A DNA stretch of 32,000 bases from Wallemia ichthyophaga EXF-994 (GCF_000400465.1 NW_008806276.1:150001-182000), one strand, 5' to 3'. Positions 8,023 to 19,585 are shown, counted from the first letter of the stretch. Numbers and translations: made by a program. The notes: generated from the sequence alone by a model not told the origin.

Positions 8023-11000
8023 ATGAGCCAACAGATACCTTTAGAAAGAGTAAGGCAAACACAAGCGACGTTTGTTTCGCGCAATGCAGCATCGCACCTA
8101 TGTTCAGACGTGCGCAGTGTAGGAGTATCGCTCGAGTGTCTAGCGACGTTAAACAGTCTGCTCGATGAGATATTGGCGAGGGTGTTGGCGCATGCACACA
8201 GTTTTAGACTTGCACTCCTACGCAGAGCGATACTGGACGTCATAGGCGTGAGCTTTGGACAGAATGCCATTACCGAGGCTGAAATGAAGCTCCAAGTGAG
8301 CTATCCGTTGGGGAGTTATTATAGCGGCGGAGGTAACGAGAACGGAAATGGAAAACTAGGGCAGTTCCCACTAGACGACGCGTTTAATGTAAGTTGATGT
8401 CTCTGATATTGCACTATTGCACTATTGCATCATTGCAGCACTCTAATGAACACCTTAGACACTGCGGTACAACGCCATCCTCAAATCCAAATACTCGGAT
8501 CCGGGACTGCAGTCACTCACACTAGCAGCCACGCTCGAGACCAAGCTGTACGAATCGCTTAGTAACCACGTGCTGGATCTGGGGAGCATTCCAGTTGCGG
8601 GGATATACATGTCGGGGGTGCTGGAGTGCGTGACGGAGACGATATGCGCGGATATCGCAACGGTCGTTGTGCGCTCGAGTACCAAACATGAAGCGCGTCT
8701 CGAAGACCTCTACGATGCAATACAAGGTGGTGAGACTGCTGGCGGGAGTGGGCAGAGCTGACGCGCGACGCAGAGAATGATCACGTCAACAGCGTTATAC
8801 AGGGGATGCTGATGAAGGATGAGATTGAGCTGAAAGTGAATCAGGCGGAGGAGAGAAGGCGGTCGATAACGAGTCAAGTTAGTGCGATCAGCAGGATATC
8901 GCAGGCGACGCAAGGGAATAGAGTTGGTAAAAGCAGGCCACCATCTATAGATACAGCCCAATCAAATACAATGCATAGACACTCTTCAAGTATCGGCGCT
9001 AGGCTGTTCAGTGGTCTGCACACACCAGTCAGCGCAACTAGCAGGGATAGCAGGGACAGCACAGACAGTACCACTATCGCTGGCAGACGCTCCTCCAGTT
9101 ATCTTAGGAAATTAAAAAATACTCCGGAAATTGTAAGTGGAGCTCGTTCCTCTCGACACCCACGACCAAGTTAGAGTTGACTCAGACTCGCAGTGTGAAA
9201 CAGAAAGCACGGACAAGAAAATATTCGACAACATTTTGAATAACAAGGATACGGTGAAACTATCATTAACACCTACGACAGTACACGTGAGTTGGTGGTG
9301 TCTGTGCGGGGACCGTTGACGATGCTGACGACGACTCAGACACAGAAAGCAAGCAATATGAGCTACGCGCACGCGGCAAACACTATACACACCATAGACA
9401 CGCTCAATGAAGATCACGAGCTGGACGATTCCGATGAAGTGGACTCGCTCAGTGAAGAAATCGGCAGAAAACCCAACAAGAAGGAGTCGCTGATCGATTT
9501 CCTCAATAGCACACCGCCCTGGGAAAACGGCGGTGGGCGTGTACCTCATAACCCACACCAATCACACCACAGCCTGCCTTCGTCCGTAGACGACGAGCAG
9601 CACGGACGCACACCAGGACTGTCCAACTTCAGCCGCGACCTCATAGCGTTCCTCAACACAGAACCGCCCGGCGGAACACCGAAGCCATTGAACGAGAAGA
9701 AGAGCACCAACAAATTCAAGAGCATTTTCAAGGGCAAAGGGGGTGGTGGCAGTGGTGGAAGTGTGGCCAGTACAGGCAGCGGTAGCGTCGAGAGCCATAA
9801 TAACAAGAAGACGGCGAATAAAATTAGCGTTCCTGCGTCTGTCCTCCACACTGCAGCATCGAGTAACGGTCTGAATGGATTGGGCGGCGCGGGAAGCGTG
9901 AGCAGTGCGCGCAGTACCAGTCTAGGACACACAAGTGCAATGAGCAATGCGCGCACAACCACCGCACCCAAATCTAGTTTTTCCACATTGCGCTATTCGG
10001 AGCCAGACAGGCAGTCAGCGTATTCGGAGGAAGCGGGATCGGGAGCAGGAGCAGGGATTGGAGTGTCAAACTCGTCGTGTCCACCGCCAATACTGACGAA
10101 TGGATATGGCCATACACCTCCTGCACCTGCACCTGCACCTGCACCAACGCAAACAACAGAAAAACTTCCTCCGATTCAGTCACCGTTGCCCATGTCGACA
10201 TCATTCACCAGATCGCCCTCTCCTCAGCTATCGTTGTCGGCGTCAGTATCTCCGGCGTCGTATGTGCATATGCAGCAGTCTCAACAGCAGCAGCTACCGA
10301 TCGCAAGCACGAGTTCTGCGATTGCAGATCAGTACGCAGCGGCTGTGCTGAGACGAACGCAGTCTACGCATCAGAATTTGAATTTGAACAGCGCAAATGG
10401 AAGTGCAAATGCGAATGCGAATGCAAACACCAACACAAACAATAACAATAACACTAACGCCTCCGCCAATCTCACTCCACCGCTGCCATCACTCCCCTCA
10501 TATACCAGACCCAGCAGTCCAAAGGCGGAAGAGGTATACGGCACACACAGCCCGTGCAGTCGGTCGCACAGCACCTCCCAGAGTCTACGACGCGACGGGA
10601 AGCCGTCGCCAATCCGCAAACCTGTCCCAGCGCTGGACAGTGGGGGAGAAGTGGGAGAAGAGATTGAAGGTGGAGAGAGGCATATGACGCAGCGGGCGAA
10701 CGAGGGAAGGGGACACAATGGGGCGCAGCAGCACAATCAAAAACAGACCCAAACCCAGACCCAGAAACAGACACAGAAGAACGATTCACAAACCGAGAAA
10801 GATAAGCACGACAGCACATCCACCAACGAACGCTACAGCACAGCTGTGCAGACAGCCAGCAGGGCAAGCAGTCAAACACCCTACTCTCAGCACACACGCG
10901 ACACGGATGATGCATATATACACAAAGGTACACTTGTCAAGATGCACAACATACTTGCACATGCACAGACGGCTGACGAATGCAGGCTGTACCTCGATGC

Positions 11001-11631
11001 CTTCCTCAAGAGCGTGAAGGTAGCCATGCCGCAAGAGGAAGAGGATGGGGCTGAGGGTGAGGTGGTATCGGGGGCGTCAGGTGTGTCAGGCAGCTCAGCC
11101 AGTGCAAGGATGTCAGGCGCGTCAAGAGCCTCAATGCAGCCGCAACAGAGCACCGGCGAGCTGAGCCACCATGCGGATATCAATGAAGTGGGTGTGAGCG
11201 GGACTGGGAGCGCGATTGTTAGCGCCAGTGCCATTCCCATGTCTATCAGCGAAGATAGGAGGGAGGACGATGATGAACACACTCAATCCCCCTCCAGGCA
11301 AGCCGTCGAGATCGACCACGCCAGCTCACAATCATCCCTTCCGCATCTCGTTGGGCAGCAAGGCAGCAGTGATGAGATGGATGAAGTGGATAATGCGGAT
11401 GAGAAGGAGAGGCCAATTCGGTACACCTACACACATACACATTCACCTACGGAAATGAGCACACCAGGGGCTACACCCATCACCACACCCATAACGCCAA
11501 CAGCTACTTCACCGTATAGAAGCGACAACAGGACTTCAGAGGATAACTTTGTTACCAAGTGGCTGATGGGAGATAGTCAGGCACATACAGGAAACGGAAT
11601 CCAGGTGGAGATCACGGATAGTGGTGTTTAG
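8023..11631 (+). CDS. Uncharacterised ~1125-aa protein: tandem histone-fold-like N-terminus, long low-complexity C-terminus; exons 8023-8388, 8459-8726 (or 8729), 8774-9132, 9194-9286, 9340-11631
   Basis: Four GT-AG introns with branch-like CTAAT/CTGAC/TTGAC join five ORF pieces in frame. H2A-like segment AGIYMSGVLECVTETI and repeated LxxFLNxxPP motifs are present. Confidence 0.7.
8408..8438 (+). repeat. Intronic 8-bp tandem repeat (ATTGCACT x2, ATTGCATC, ATTGCAG)
   Basis: Read directly from the sequence. Confidence 0.85.
10120..10143 (+). repeat. Coding hexamer repeat (CCTGCA)4 encoding a Pro-Ala tract
   Basis: Read directly from the sequence. Confidence 0.9.
10398..10460 (+). repeat. Coding Ala-Asn / poly-Asn low-complexity tract
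   Basis: GCAAAT/GCGAAT and AACAAT iterations encode SANANANANTNTNNNNNTN. Confidence 0.85.
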
Positions 11632-11691
11632 GAGTTGAGATGTCTCGGATAATTTTCACGTTGTACAGTTGAGTAAAGATAATTACAGAGA

Positions 11692-12108
11692 TTAGAGAGA
11701 TACGCCTGTATTCTTAGTGTGTTTTTCGTGTTTTTCGTGCTTTTCGTGCTCGTCGTGCTTGTTTTGCTCGTTCTCACCACCATTCAACTTGAATTTGAGT
11801 AAAGCGACGCGTTCTCGCTGACTAGAGATGGTGTACTCGTTCTCTTTGATGGTGTTGGTGATTAGGGAGTAGTCGTCATCAGAATCGTCGTCAACTACGC
11901 GCAGCTGCTGTGTATCTTCAGAGGCAGCAATTTCAGCGTCGCGTGTGCCAATCGATTGGCTGTCAAAGCCACCGTCAAATTGAGATTGCAGATTCGTTGT
12001 CTTTGGTAAGTAAGTGAGTAGCTCGCTGTTGGAACGGATAAGGTGGTTGATAGAGTTATCTAACCTCTTGATCTCGGCAATATCGGCATCAACTGAGTAT
12101 AAATCCAT
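11692..12108 (-). CDS. Small hypothetical coiled-coil protein (138 aa)
   Basis: Intronless ORF filling the gap. Two amphipathic segments (EIKRLDNSINHL; IKENEYTISSQRERVALLK) flank an acidic linker, and there is a C-terminal HEK repeat. Confidence 0.7.
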   Translation of the reverse strand: MDLYSVDADIAEIKRLDNSINHLIRSNSELLTYLPKTTNLQSQFDGGFDSQSIGTRDAEIAASEDTQQLRVVDDDSDDDYSLITNTIKENEYTISSQRERVALLKFKLNGGENEQNKHDEHEKHEKHEKHTKNTGVSL

Positions 12109-12175
12109 GAATATTTTCTGCTTTACGTCGTTCTAAGTGGTTGATTAGAAGCAGCCAGAGCGACCATCACCGAGA

Positions 12176-14463
12176 ATGAGCAAATTACTCTACTCAAAAT
12201 CTAAAGTGAATATAAATACCGCAAAATGTAAAATACCGGGGAATTTAGCTTTGGTTGAAGATCCCAATGACTCTATAACGATTAGCTGGTTACCAGAGAC
12301 AATCCTTAAGGAACTGGATGAAGAGGACAAATTTGTCTTAGTTGAATCAACCAATAAGATTGAAGTTATTGTTAATCCTCCACCGCACATAAACGATTCA
12401 TACGCCTTCAATTATCCAATTTCTGACATATACTCAATAATGCTTAATCCTCCTTCTATTTCTAATTGGTATGGTACTGTTACTATTAATCTTCAAGGCG
12501 GTGTTACTCTCCCTGTGTTGCACTTCCATGATGACGAAATTACGTCATCATCGATACCTAGAACACGAGGCACTTGGGGTGGAAATGAGTTTATAAGCTG
12601 TCTTCGTCTTTATATATCTCTTTTGCAATCTCAAATCACCAACAACCTTTTCCTCGTTGATCCTAATCCGATCGATAAAACTTTTCATCAACAGCCACAG
12701 CCACAGTCACAACCACCGACGCAACAATCACTCCTTCACTATGCTCTAAACCCACAATCAACTCACTCTCAACGCATTTCTACACGCTTCAACTCCCACC
12801 AACGCGACAACTCAACTACTACTATGAAAGGTTTCTTTCCAGATAATGTCGCTGATGCAACTCCCGCTGTGAATAACTTCACTTCAGTATATCAAAATAC
12901 CCTTACAAGCTTCGCAAACATTTCCCGCTTTTCAAAACAAACTGCTCATAATATTCTGTCTCACCCACTCGCTCAACCAATCCTTCCACACCTCCCGACT
13001 CCCGTGCAGAGCAGAGCAGTTGCTGGACGCAGTCACGCAGGTGAATACGACAGCGCTCGCATCTACCTAGCCAAATGGGCGCGCAAAGTGGCTGAAGAGG
13101 GTGACAGGAATAGTGGCCAGGGGGGTGAGAGGAGAGAGGGAGTAGGAGTAATGAGACCATCAAGTAACTCAGTGGACGAAAATATACAAACAGTTGACGG
13201 CAGTGTAGAGAGTGATTTAGGTAATTTCCAGCTACTCAACGTTTCCTCAGAAAGGTGTACACGAGATCCAACTCATCCAATCACTCTCCCAGAGTGTACA
13301 GCCTGGTTCGATCATACTGGCAAGCCCCTCATTAGTGAGTCGGAGATGCGCGAGCGTGTTTTTAGAAGGGGCACTGAAAGTACCGCTAAGAGTCTTATCT
13401 GGCCATTCATTCTCTCCGTTATACCGTGGGATACAACGCATCAAGACAGGCAATCTGCTTGGGATGACTTGGATACCCAGTATGTACAGCTGAAGAGCAC
13501 GTGGAAGAATCTCGATGTATTCCACGATAAACAAGTTACCGAAGAGCGTCATCGCATTCGCGTCGATTGCCTGCGCACTGATCGAAATGTCCCTCTCTTT
13601 GCCAAGAGCGACAGTGAGCTCAACGAGCTCAAACTGGGTATTGCGGAGTTGGGTGAGAATGGGAGTACGAGTGGGAGTGGTGATAGCAGTGAGGACAAAC
13701 ACAGCGACAGCAAAGAAGGCTCATCACAGGCTTATAGCAATGTCCACGTTCGCAAGCTGCAGGGTATCCTTCTCACATACAATTTCTACGAAAAAGGATT
13801 GGGATATGTCCAGGGCATGTCTGATCTTATCGCTCCTCTTTACGTTATCAGCGAGGCTAATGAATCAACTACGTTCTGGCTTTTTGTCAACTTGATGAAC
13901 CGCACCAAGGAGAATTTCGCAGCTGATCAGAAAGGCATGTCGAGGAAATTAATAACGCTGCAAGATTTGATTAGAGTGATGGATCCACAACTCTACCAAC
14001 ACTTTAAACAGAGTGACAACCTCAATATGTTCTTCTGCTTTAGGTGGATATTGGTGATGTTCAAGAGGGAGTTTTTGTTTAGTGATATTATCACATTGTG
14101 GGAGGTGAGTTGGGGTTGGTAAATATTACACACTCACTTATATCAATAATTTTCTTAGGCACTCTTCACTCGCCCTGTTCAACAACAATTTGAACTATTC
14201 GTCGCACTTGCTGTGCTTGAGTCACATCGCGATATCATTCTGAGATATTTAATGGAGGTGCGTTTTAATTATCACCTCAACCACATCCTTGCTCACAAAG
14301 ACAGTTTGATGAAATGCTCAAATATTGCAATGACCTTAGTGGTACGATTGATGTGCATAAAACACTCAATACCGCTCAAGTGCTTTATGATAACTTATTT
14401 ACACTACACAATACCACAAGAGGGAAGAACTTTACAGATAATCTAGTTGAATTGGTTGTGTAG
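12176..14463 (+). CDS. GYP7: TBC-domain Rab GTPase-activating protein Gyp7 (TBC1D15/17 type); exons 12176-14104, 14159-14257, 14305-14463
   Basis: MSKLLYSKSKV N-terminus, IRVDCLRTDR (Arg finger), GYVQGMSDL (Gln finger) and FFCFRWILVMFKREF. Introns 14105-14158 and 14258-14304 restore WE-ALF and LME-FDEMLKYCNDLSG. Confidence 0.93.
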
Positions 14464-14477
14464 CAAGATGACAAGAA

Positions 14478-15554
14478 CTAAAAATACAATCTCAACGCAG
14501 CAGAGGATTGAGATTCAGCAGGACAATAAGGACACTTAACTCTACCACCGCCTTTAGATAACTTGGATAAGCTATCATTGGCTAGAACATGCCCACATGA
14601 TAGCATCATTGGTGGGTTTGTGTCAGTTGTCTGTTCTTTGCTAATTGGGCAGGTGAATACGCTATGAAATTTGTATTTGTCTTGTAGAGGTACTTGTACA
14701 GGTAATTCATCAGATTGAGACCATTCTGTGCGTGTTTTCTGTATCAATTGATTGAATCGTGAAAGAATGGGGAGAGCAGAACCACCGCCGATGTCTAGAG
14801 TGAGTTTGAGATGATCAATTTTCGGGATGTCGTTGATTGTGCACCAGGAGTGTTCAAATGTAGGTACGAGTAAATTTGAGTGAATTGCATCTGTTGTGAG
14901 ATAAGAGTAAGGTGAGTTAGCGAGATCTTTGAAGGCAAGTGAAGCTAAAAGGGAGCTAGCAGGTTTAGAAAATTGTGGTGATGATAAGTAGGGTGATAAG
15001 TTTTGTTTGAAGTAATTGAGGCTGTCTAGGGAGGAATTGAATTGTGAAAATTTTGATCGGTGTAGGTAGAAAAGGAGAGGGGAATTGAGAGGATGTTGGT
15101 AATGATTAGCCCAATCCAGAGCAGATGTGAGATTGTTAGATTTGAGTTGATTTATGATTGTGTTTAAGGATGTTATTTTGTTGATGTAACTGGGCTCAAA
15201 TGCGATTTTATAAACGCTGCAGAAGTCGTTAAACACGTCCAACCATCCTAATCTCAATAAGTAAGCAGCTATAGCTTTGTTTAGGTTGTAATCGTGGTTG
15301 AAGTCTACAGTGGGAATTGTAGATTGAGGCTGTGAATTCAAAGACTTGTCAATACGTTTTATTAACTTATAGTTATCCAAATTATTTTCATTTATCTGAG
15401 TGATGTCATTTGCAATGGTGGCTGGGTTAACTGATGCCGAATCTGAAGCCGATGCCAAATCCCTCAAGCCTTCCAAACTACCAATTAATTTATCCAAATT
15501 ATTTAAATTTGATTTTATTTCATTTTTATTTGTCAACGTGATTACATTTTCCAT
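14478..15554 (-). CDS. RMD5: GID/CTLH complex RING E3 subunit Rmd5/Gid2 (RMND5)
   Basis: FHSVFTCPISKEQTTDTNPPMMLSCGHVL...KCPYCP degenerate RING, preceded by LisH/CTLH-like segments. Confidence 0.93.
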   Translation of the reverse strand: MENVITLTNKNEIKSNLNNLDKLIGSLEGLRDLASASDSASVNPATIANDITQINENNLDNYKLIKRIDKSLNSQPQSTIPTVDFNHDYNLNKAIAAYLLRLGWLDVFNDFCSVYKIAFEPSYINKITSLNTIINQLKSNNLTSALDWANHYQHPLNSPLLFYLHRSKFSQFNSSLDSLNYFKQNLSPYLSSPQFSKPASSLLASLAFKDLANSPYSYLTTDAIHSNLLVPTFEHSWCTINDIPKIDHLKLTLDIGGGSALPILSRFNQLIQKTRTEWSQSDELPVQVPLQDKYKFHSVFTCPISKEQTTDTNPPMMLSCGHVLANDSLSKLSKGGGRVKCPYCPAESQSSAALRLYF

Positions 15555-15587
15555 TCTAACTTGATAGTTGAATGCTAAGTGTCATCA

Positions 15588-17857
15588 ATGGAGGTGTGTT
15601 ATAAATTAAAGCGCGTTTTATTTTCTAAAAAAATATCAAGACATCCTCTTCAATACCCAGCCTGATTGATAATGGCCCTGACTACGCCGATGACAATGAG
15701 GACTACGACGACAACGAAGATCACGGCGATCATCTCGGCGAGGATTCCGAGGTTGCTCACGATTCGGAGGCTATCCAGGGATCTCCTGCTGCAAACGACA
15801 TTCACGTCATTCCCAGTCCAGATGACATACCAGCTGCACAACCACACTCATCAAGAAGTACAAGTCTGTTAAACCAAGATATTGATAAAACAGCAGCACG
15901 TGCAGCATCCAATCCCCATGCACTAGTTATTGCCTCTCTTCGTGCGCAGATCGATGAGCTTACCAGCCAGCTCAACAGTCTCAACGCGAAGCTAGTCCAT
16001 ACTTTCGACAAATCAGACAATCTCCAGCAAGAGCTTGATGAGGCGCGGACGCTGCACCACCACCATCAACTCCGCATTACCGCGCTCGAGAAGGAGACAG
16101 CGGCTGTGAAGACGAGTCTCGACAACGGCACGCTCGTTGAGCGCGAGAATGTAATGCACGAGCTCACACATATGGTTGACTCTATCGTCACCGAAACCCA
16201 AAAAGCTACGCTAGCGCGACAAGACAAGGCAGCTATCGAGCAGGACCTCGATGATCTCAGCGCTAATCTCTTCGCAGAGGCTAACCGCATGGTTGGCGTC
16301 GAACGACTGCTCAAAGCCCAGGAAGCGGATCGACGCCGTGTAGCTGAAGAGAGGCTCGTTGAGGCTGAGGAAGCTGTCCGAGTCACCCAGCGCCAGATGA
16401 GCGAGTGGGTAGAGAGGGGTGAAAGTAGCAACGGCGCCCTCCAACCACCTGCAGCTTCCGATTCCAATCTCAAACCAACTCTTACTCCCGTTCCTACTCT
16501 CACGCACACCCATATCCCCTACCTGGAATTCATCAGCTACCTGCATACGCTGGCAAGCGCAGCCAGTGTGCGGCAGAGAGCGAGTGAGTCTCAAACTCCT
16601 TCCCAACTCCTCCCGCTCGACCTCTCACACGCCTTCCTGCGCCGACTGCTTGAAGAAGACGTTGAGCCAACGCTGCGCCTCGACCTCTCACGCGCTTTTG
16701 GCCTCCTCACACGCGGTAAGGTGCTCACAGCGGTGACAGAGGGCACGCTCGAACTAGAGCCTGCTCGCGGCGCCGAGTTTGCACCCGGAACCGAGTGTGC
16801 ATTGTCAGGTCGTGTGCTCATACCCGTGCGCGACGGCGAAGGTGGTCACAAAGGGAGCGCGTCCCAGTCCTCTTTCTTCAGCTGGAGTGGGAGCGGCAGG
16901 GGGAGCAGCCGACCTGCCTCAACGGGTGCAGGTGGAAATGCAGATGCAGGTACAGGCGAGAGCGCAATACACGTATTCAGACTCTCCGCTAGCCCCACAG
17001 CTACCCGCTATCCCGTCGATGCAGGCTGGGCGGTACCGCGGCTGCGTGCTGCGTGCGAGTTGTGGCGGTACGTGCGCGCTCTGCAGGCATCTGTCGTTAC
17101 TATGCAACCCCCATTCTGCCCACCAGCGGGATGTCAGACTAGGGAGGCGTTTGATGCATCTATAGGCAGGATGGGATTGAAGAGCGGTCGAAAAGGTGGA
17201 GATGGACTCAGTGGAGATACTAATCCTTCTCCTACTATTCCACCCCCAGCAACAGGTAGATCGTTCTGGGGTGCTTTCCAGTATGCTAGATCTACCCCAT
17301 CGGTGTCGGCTCCATCTTCCGCTTCCCCGTCCCCTCTGCACGCTGACAAGACTGAATTGCCTGATGAGACAAAGAAGGGGGTTAGGGAAACACACGATAT
17401 TGCGGGTCGTGTCGATGACCATATTGACGAGAGCAGTCGCAGCGATCATACACACACACAAGACGACACCCACCATCCTCACCTTGTCTTGTCTAACCCT
17501 CAGCAGCCACCACCGAAACCCAAGCGCGGAAGGAGAAGCAGGGGACGGAAGGGCACGGTGACAGGTGCACCTCCATCGATACCTTCTCAGCGCGACAAGG
17601 AGGACGAGGAGGGGAGTGAAAATAAGAATCAAGAGAATATTGCCAGGCAAAACTCTGACGACAAATCGGATAAAAGTGTTGACTCGAACACCACGCTCAC
17701 CCAGAACACACTAGATTTGCAACTCAGCGATACAGCAGAAAAGGAAATAGAAACAGAAACAGAAACATGGGAGATGGCTAGATGGAGACAGATAGTGGAA
17801 CTAAAGCAAAACATGTTCTGGGCGCGGGTTAATGGTGATCCAAATGCTTCGATGTAG
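15588..17857 (+). CDS. SEC2: Sec2-like Rab guanine nucleotide exchange factor; exon 1 15588-15593 (ME), intron 15594-15640, exon 2 15641-17857
   Basis: Coiled coil with LDDLSANLFAEANRMV (Sec2 GEF motif). The frame is open from 15629 but has no ATG until ~16153, so a micro first exon is proposed. C-terminus reads KQNMFWARV. Confidence 0.8.
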
Positions 17858-17951
17858 AGTAGAGTCGAGTAGAGTCAAAAAGTGTATTTATTTTAATGTC
17901 ACAATGATATAATGCCATAATGCCAACGACAACGACAACGCCACAGTAAAT

Positions 17952-18902
17952 CTACACAAACAACCTGAATGGATAGATGGGCTGCTTCATTTTGAATATA
18001 TAAACGAGCACACTGAATGTGACAATGAGTATTAGTGTCCATAAGTATGCAGCAGCTCTTTGTCTGCCAGTGTTTTGTATTTTGGGAACAGAAATGGTGA
18101 GAATGACGATAGTGCTGGCTAGAAGAGCATAAATAGTGCCAATTATAACAGTCTCTGCTCTATACTGGTTGGTGACTCCATTTGCAAAGTACTGAGCGCC
18201 ATTCTTAGTCATCACCATCTGTGGAGGTTTGCGTATCTGATTCCACATGTAACCAGAAGTCATAGTGAGGATGATGATGAGAGTGAGCATACACCAGGAC
18301 CATTTGGAGAAGATGAAAGGTTTAGTCAAGGTATTCCAGTTCTTCTTTGCGAATACTGCGAGGATTGTAAGGAGGACAAGGGCAATAACCGTGCTTGTGT
18401 GGTCGACAGGGCGTTTGAAAGCGAATTTAGTGGGAGAGTGAGTGTTTAAGAAGGCAACTAAACGTTCAGCGAGGAAACCATTCCTGTTAAAGTCGTACAG
18501 ATGTCCATTGAGCTGATGTGGTGGATGATAGAAGAGAGAAGGCGCGGTATTCAAGCCTAGATCGTTAAAAGTGCGCTGACCGTCCATGAAATCGAGACTT
18601 GCAAATACGATTGAGTTCTTATTGGTTGATCTTCTCCCTTTAGCTTGTTTAGCGAGTAAATGGAATTCCGGCGCGAACTTATGACAAGGAGTGCATTTCA
18701 TACGCTCATCCATCGCCGTTAACACAACTGCCACACCAAAGTCCCTCTCAGGCGTCCTTATAAGCTCGTTGTAGCTCAAATCGTCCAATTTAACAACACC
18801 AGCTTGATTTTGGGCTAAACTATCGTATTTAGATAGTAGAGCTGATTTTGCTAGTGCTATACTGGCAATTATCAAAATTGAAATAATTTCGGGTATTTTC
18901 AT
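17952..18902 (-). CDS. OST3: Oligosaccharyltransferase subunit Ost3/Ost6 (MAGT1/TUSC3 family)
   Basis: Signal peptide, thioredoxin-like CTPC, four C-terminal hydrophobic segments, SGYMWNQIR and YPFRL motifs. Confidence 0.93.
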   Translation of the reverse strand: MKIPEIISILIIASIALAKSALLSKYDSLAQNQAGVVKLDDLSYNELIRTPERDFGVAVVLTAMDERMKCTPCHKFAPEFHLLAKQAKGRRSTNKNSIVFASLDFMDGQRTFNDLGLNTAPSLFYHPPHQLNGHLYDFNRNGFLAERLVAFLNTHSPTKFAFKRPVDHTSTVIALVLLTILAVFAKKNWNTLTKPFIFSKWSWCMLTLIIILTMTSGYMWNQIRKPPQMVMTKNGAQYFANGVTNQYRAETVIIGTIYALLASTIVILTISVPKIQNTGRQRAAAYLWTLILIVTFSVLVYIFKMKQPIYPFRLFV

Positions 18903-18942
18903 CGTGATGGTTGCTGGTCAACGTGTTATTTCAGTTACCATC

Positions 18943-19585
18943 ATGTTGGATTACGGAGATGGCGGAGATGGCAGGCGCTATGGTCGCAACAGTAGAGATG
19001 ATCGTCGCAGCGATAAAGATGAACGGCATTGGCGGGCTGAAAGGGATATTAGGGATGGCAGGAGTCGCAGAGATGTTAGAGATGCGGACAGCAGGGGCGG
19101 CAGACGCAGGAGTAGATCTCCACGGCACAGACCGACTCGCGCAGAAACCAGCCACCACAAAGTAGGCGGTTTAGATCTACGCGACGGCTCGGCAGCAGAT
19201 CGTGAGCGTATGTTGAAACAGATCCAGTCCAAGGAAGCTGAAGAAGAGCGCAAGCGGGTTGAAGAAGAGCATAGAGCCATCGAGGAGGGCGAGAGAAAGG
19301 CCAAAGACGCAGAGCAGCGGAAACCAGAGGACCAAGAGGAGGAGGACGACGACGAGGTCGATCAAGATACCCTGGCAATGCAGCAGATGATGGGTTTCGG
19401 TGGTTTCGATTCAACCAAGGTGAGCAACGAGATTCACTGACTGAATAACACTCTCTTACAAATTAAAGGGCAAAAAGGTGTCTGGAAATGAGGAGGGCGC
19501 GGCTAAAGTACACCAGCCGCGTACTTATAGACAATACATGAATCGTGTAGGCGGGTTCAATAGAGCTCTCGATAAACCCAAGTGA
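18943..19585 (+). CDS. SNRNP27: U4/U6.U5 tri-snRNP 27-kDa protein (DUF1777); exons 18943-19419, 19469-19585; start could be ATG 18907
   Basis: RD/RS-rich N-terminus. Splicing intron 19420-19468 gives [15 protein letters not shown]...[18 protein letters not shown]. Confidence 0.92.

Noticed and set aside
9546-11458. Many overlapping alternative-frame and antisense ORFs over the 8023 gene (similarly over SEC2 at 16013-17814 and STM1 at 26649-27653)
   Set aside because: Shadow ORFs of GC-rich, low-complexity or codon-biased CDSs with no recognisable motifs.
3390-17857. Apparent trafficking cluster (VPS45, GYP7, SEC2)
   Set aside because: The genes act at different Rab/SNARE steps and are interspersed with unrelated genes; likely coincidence.
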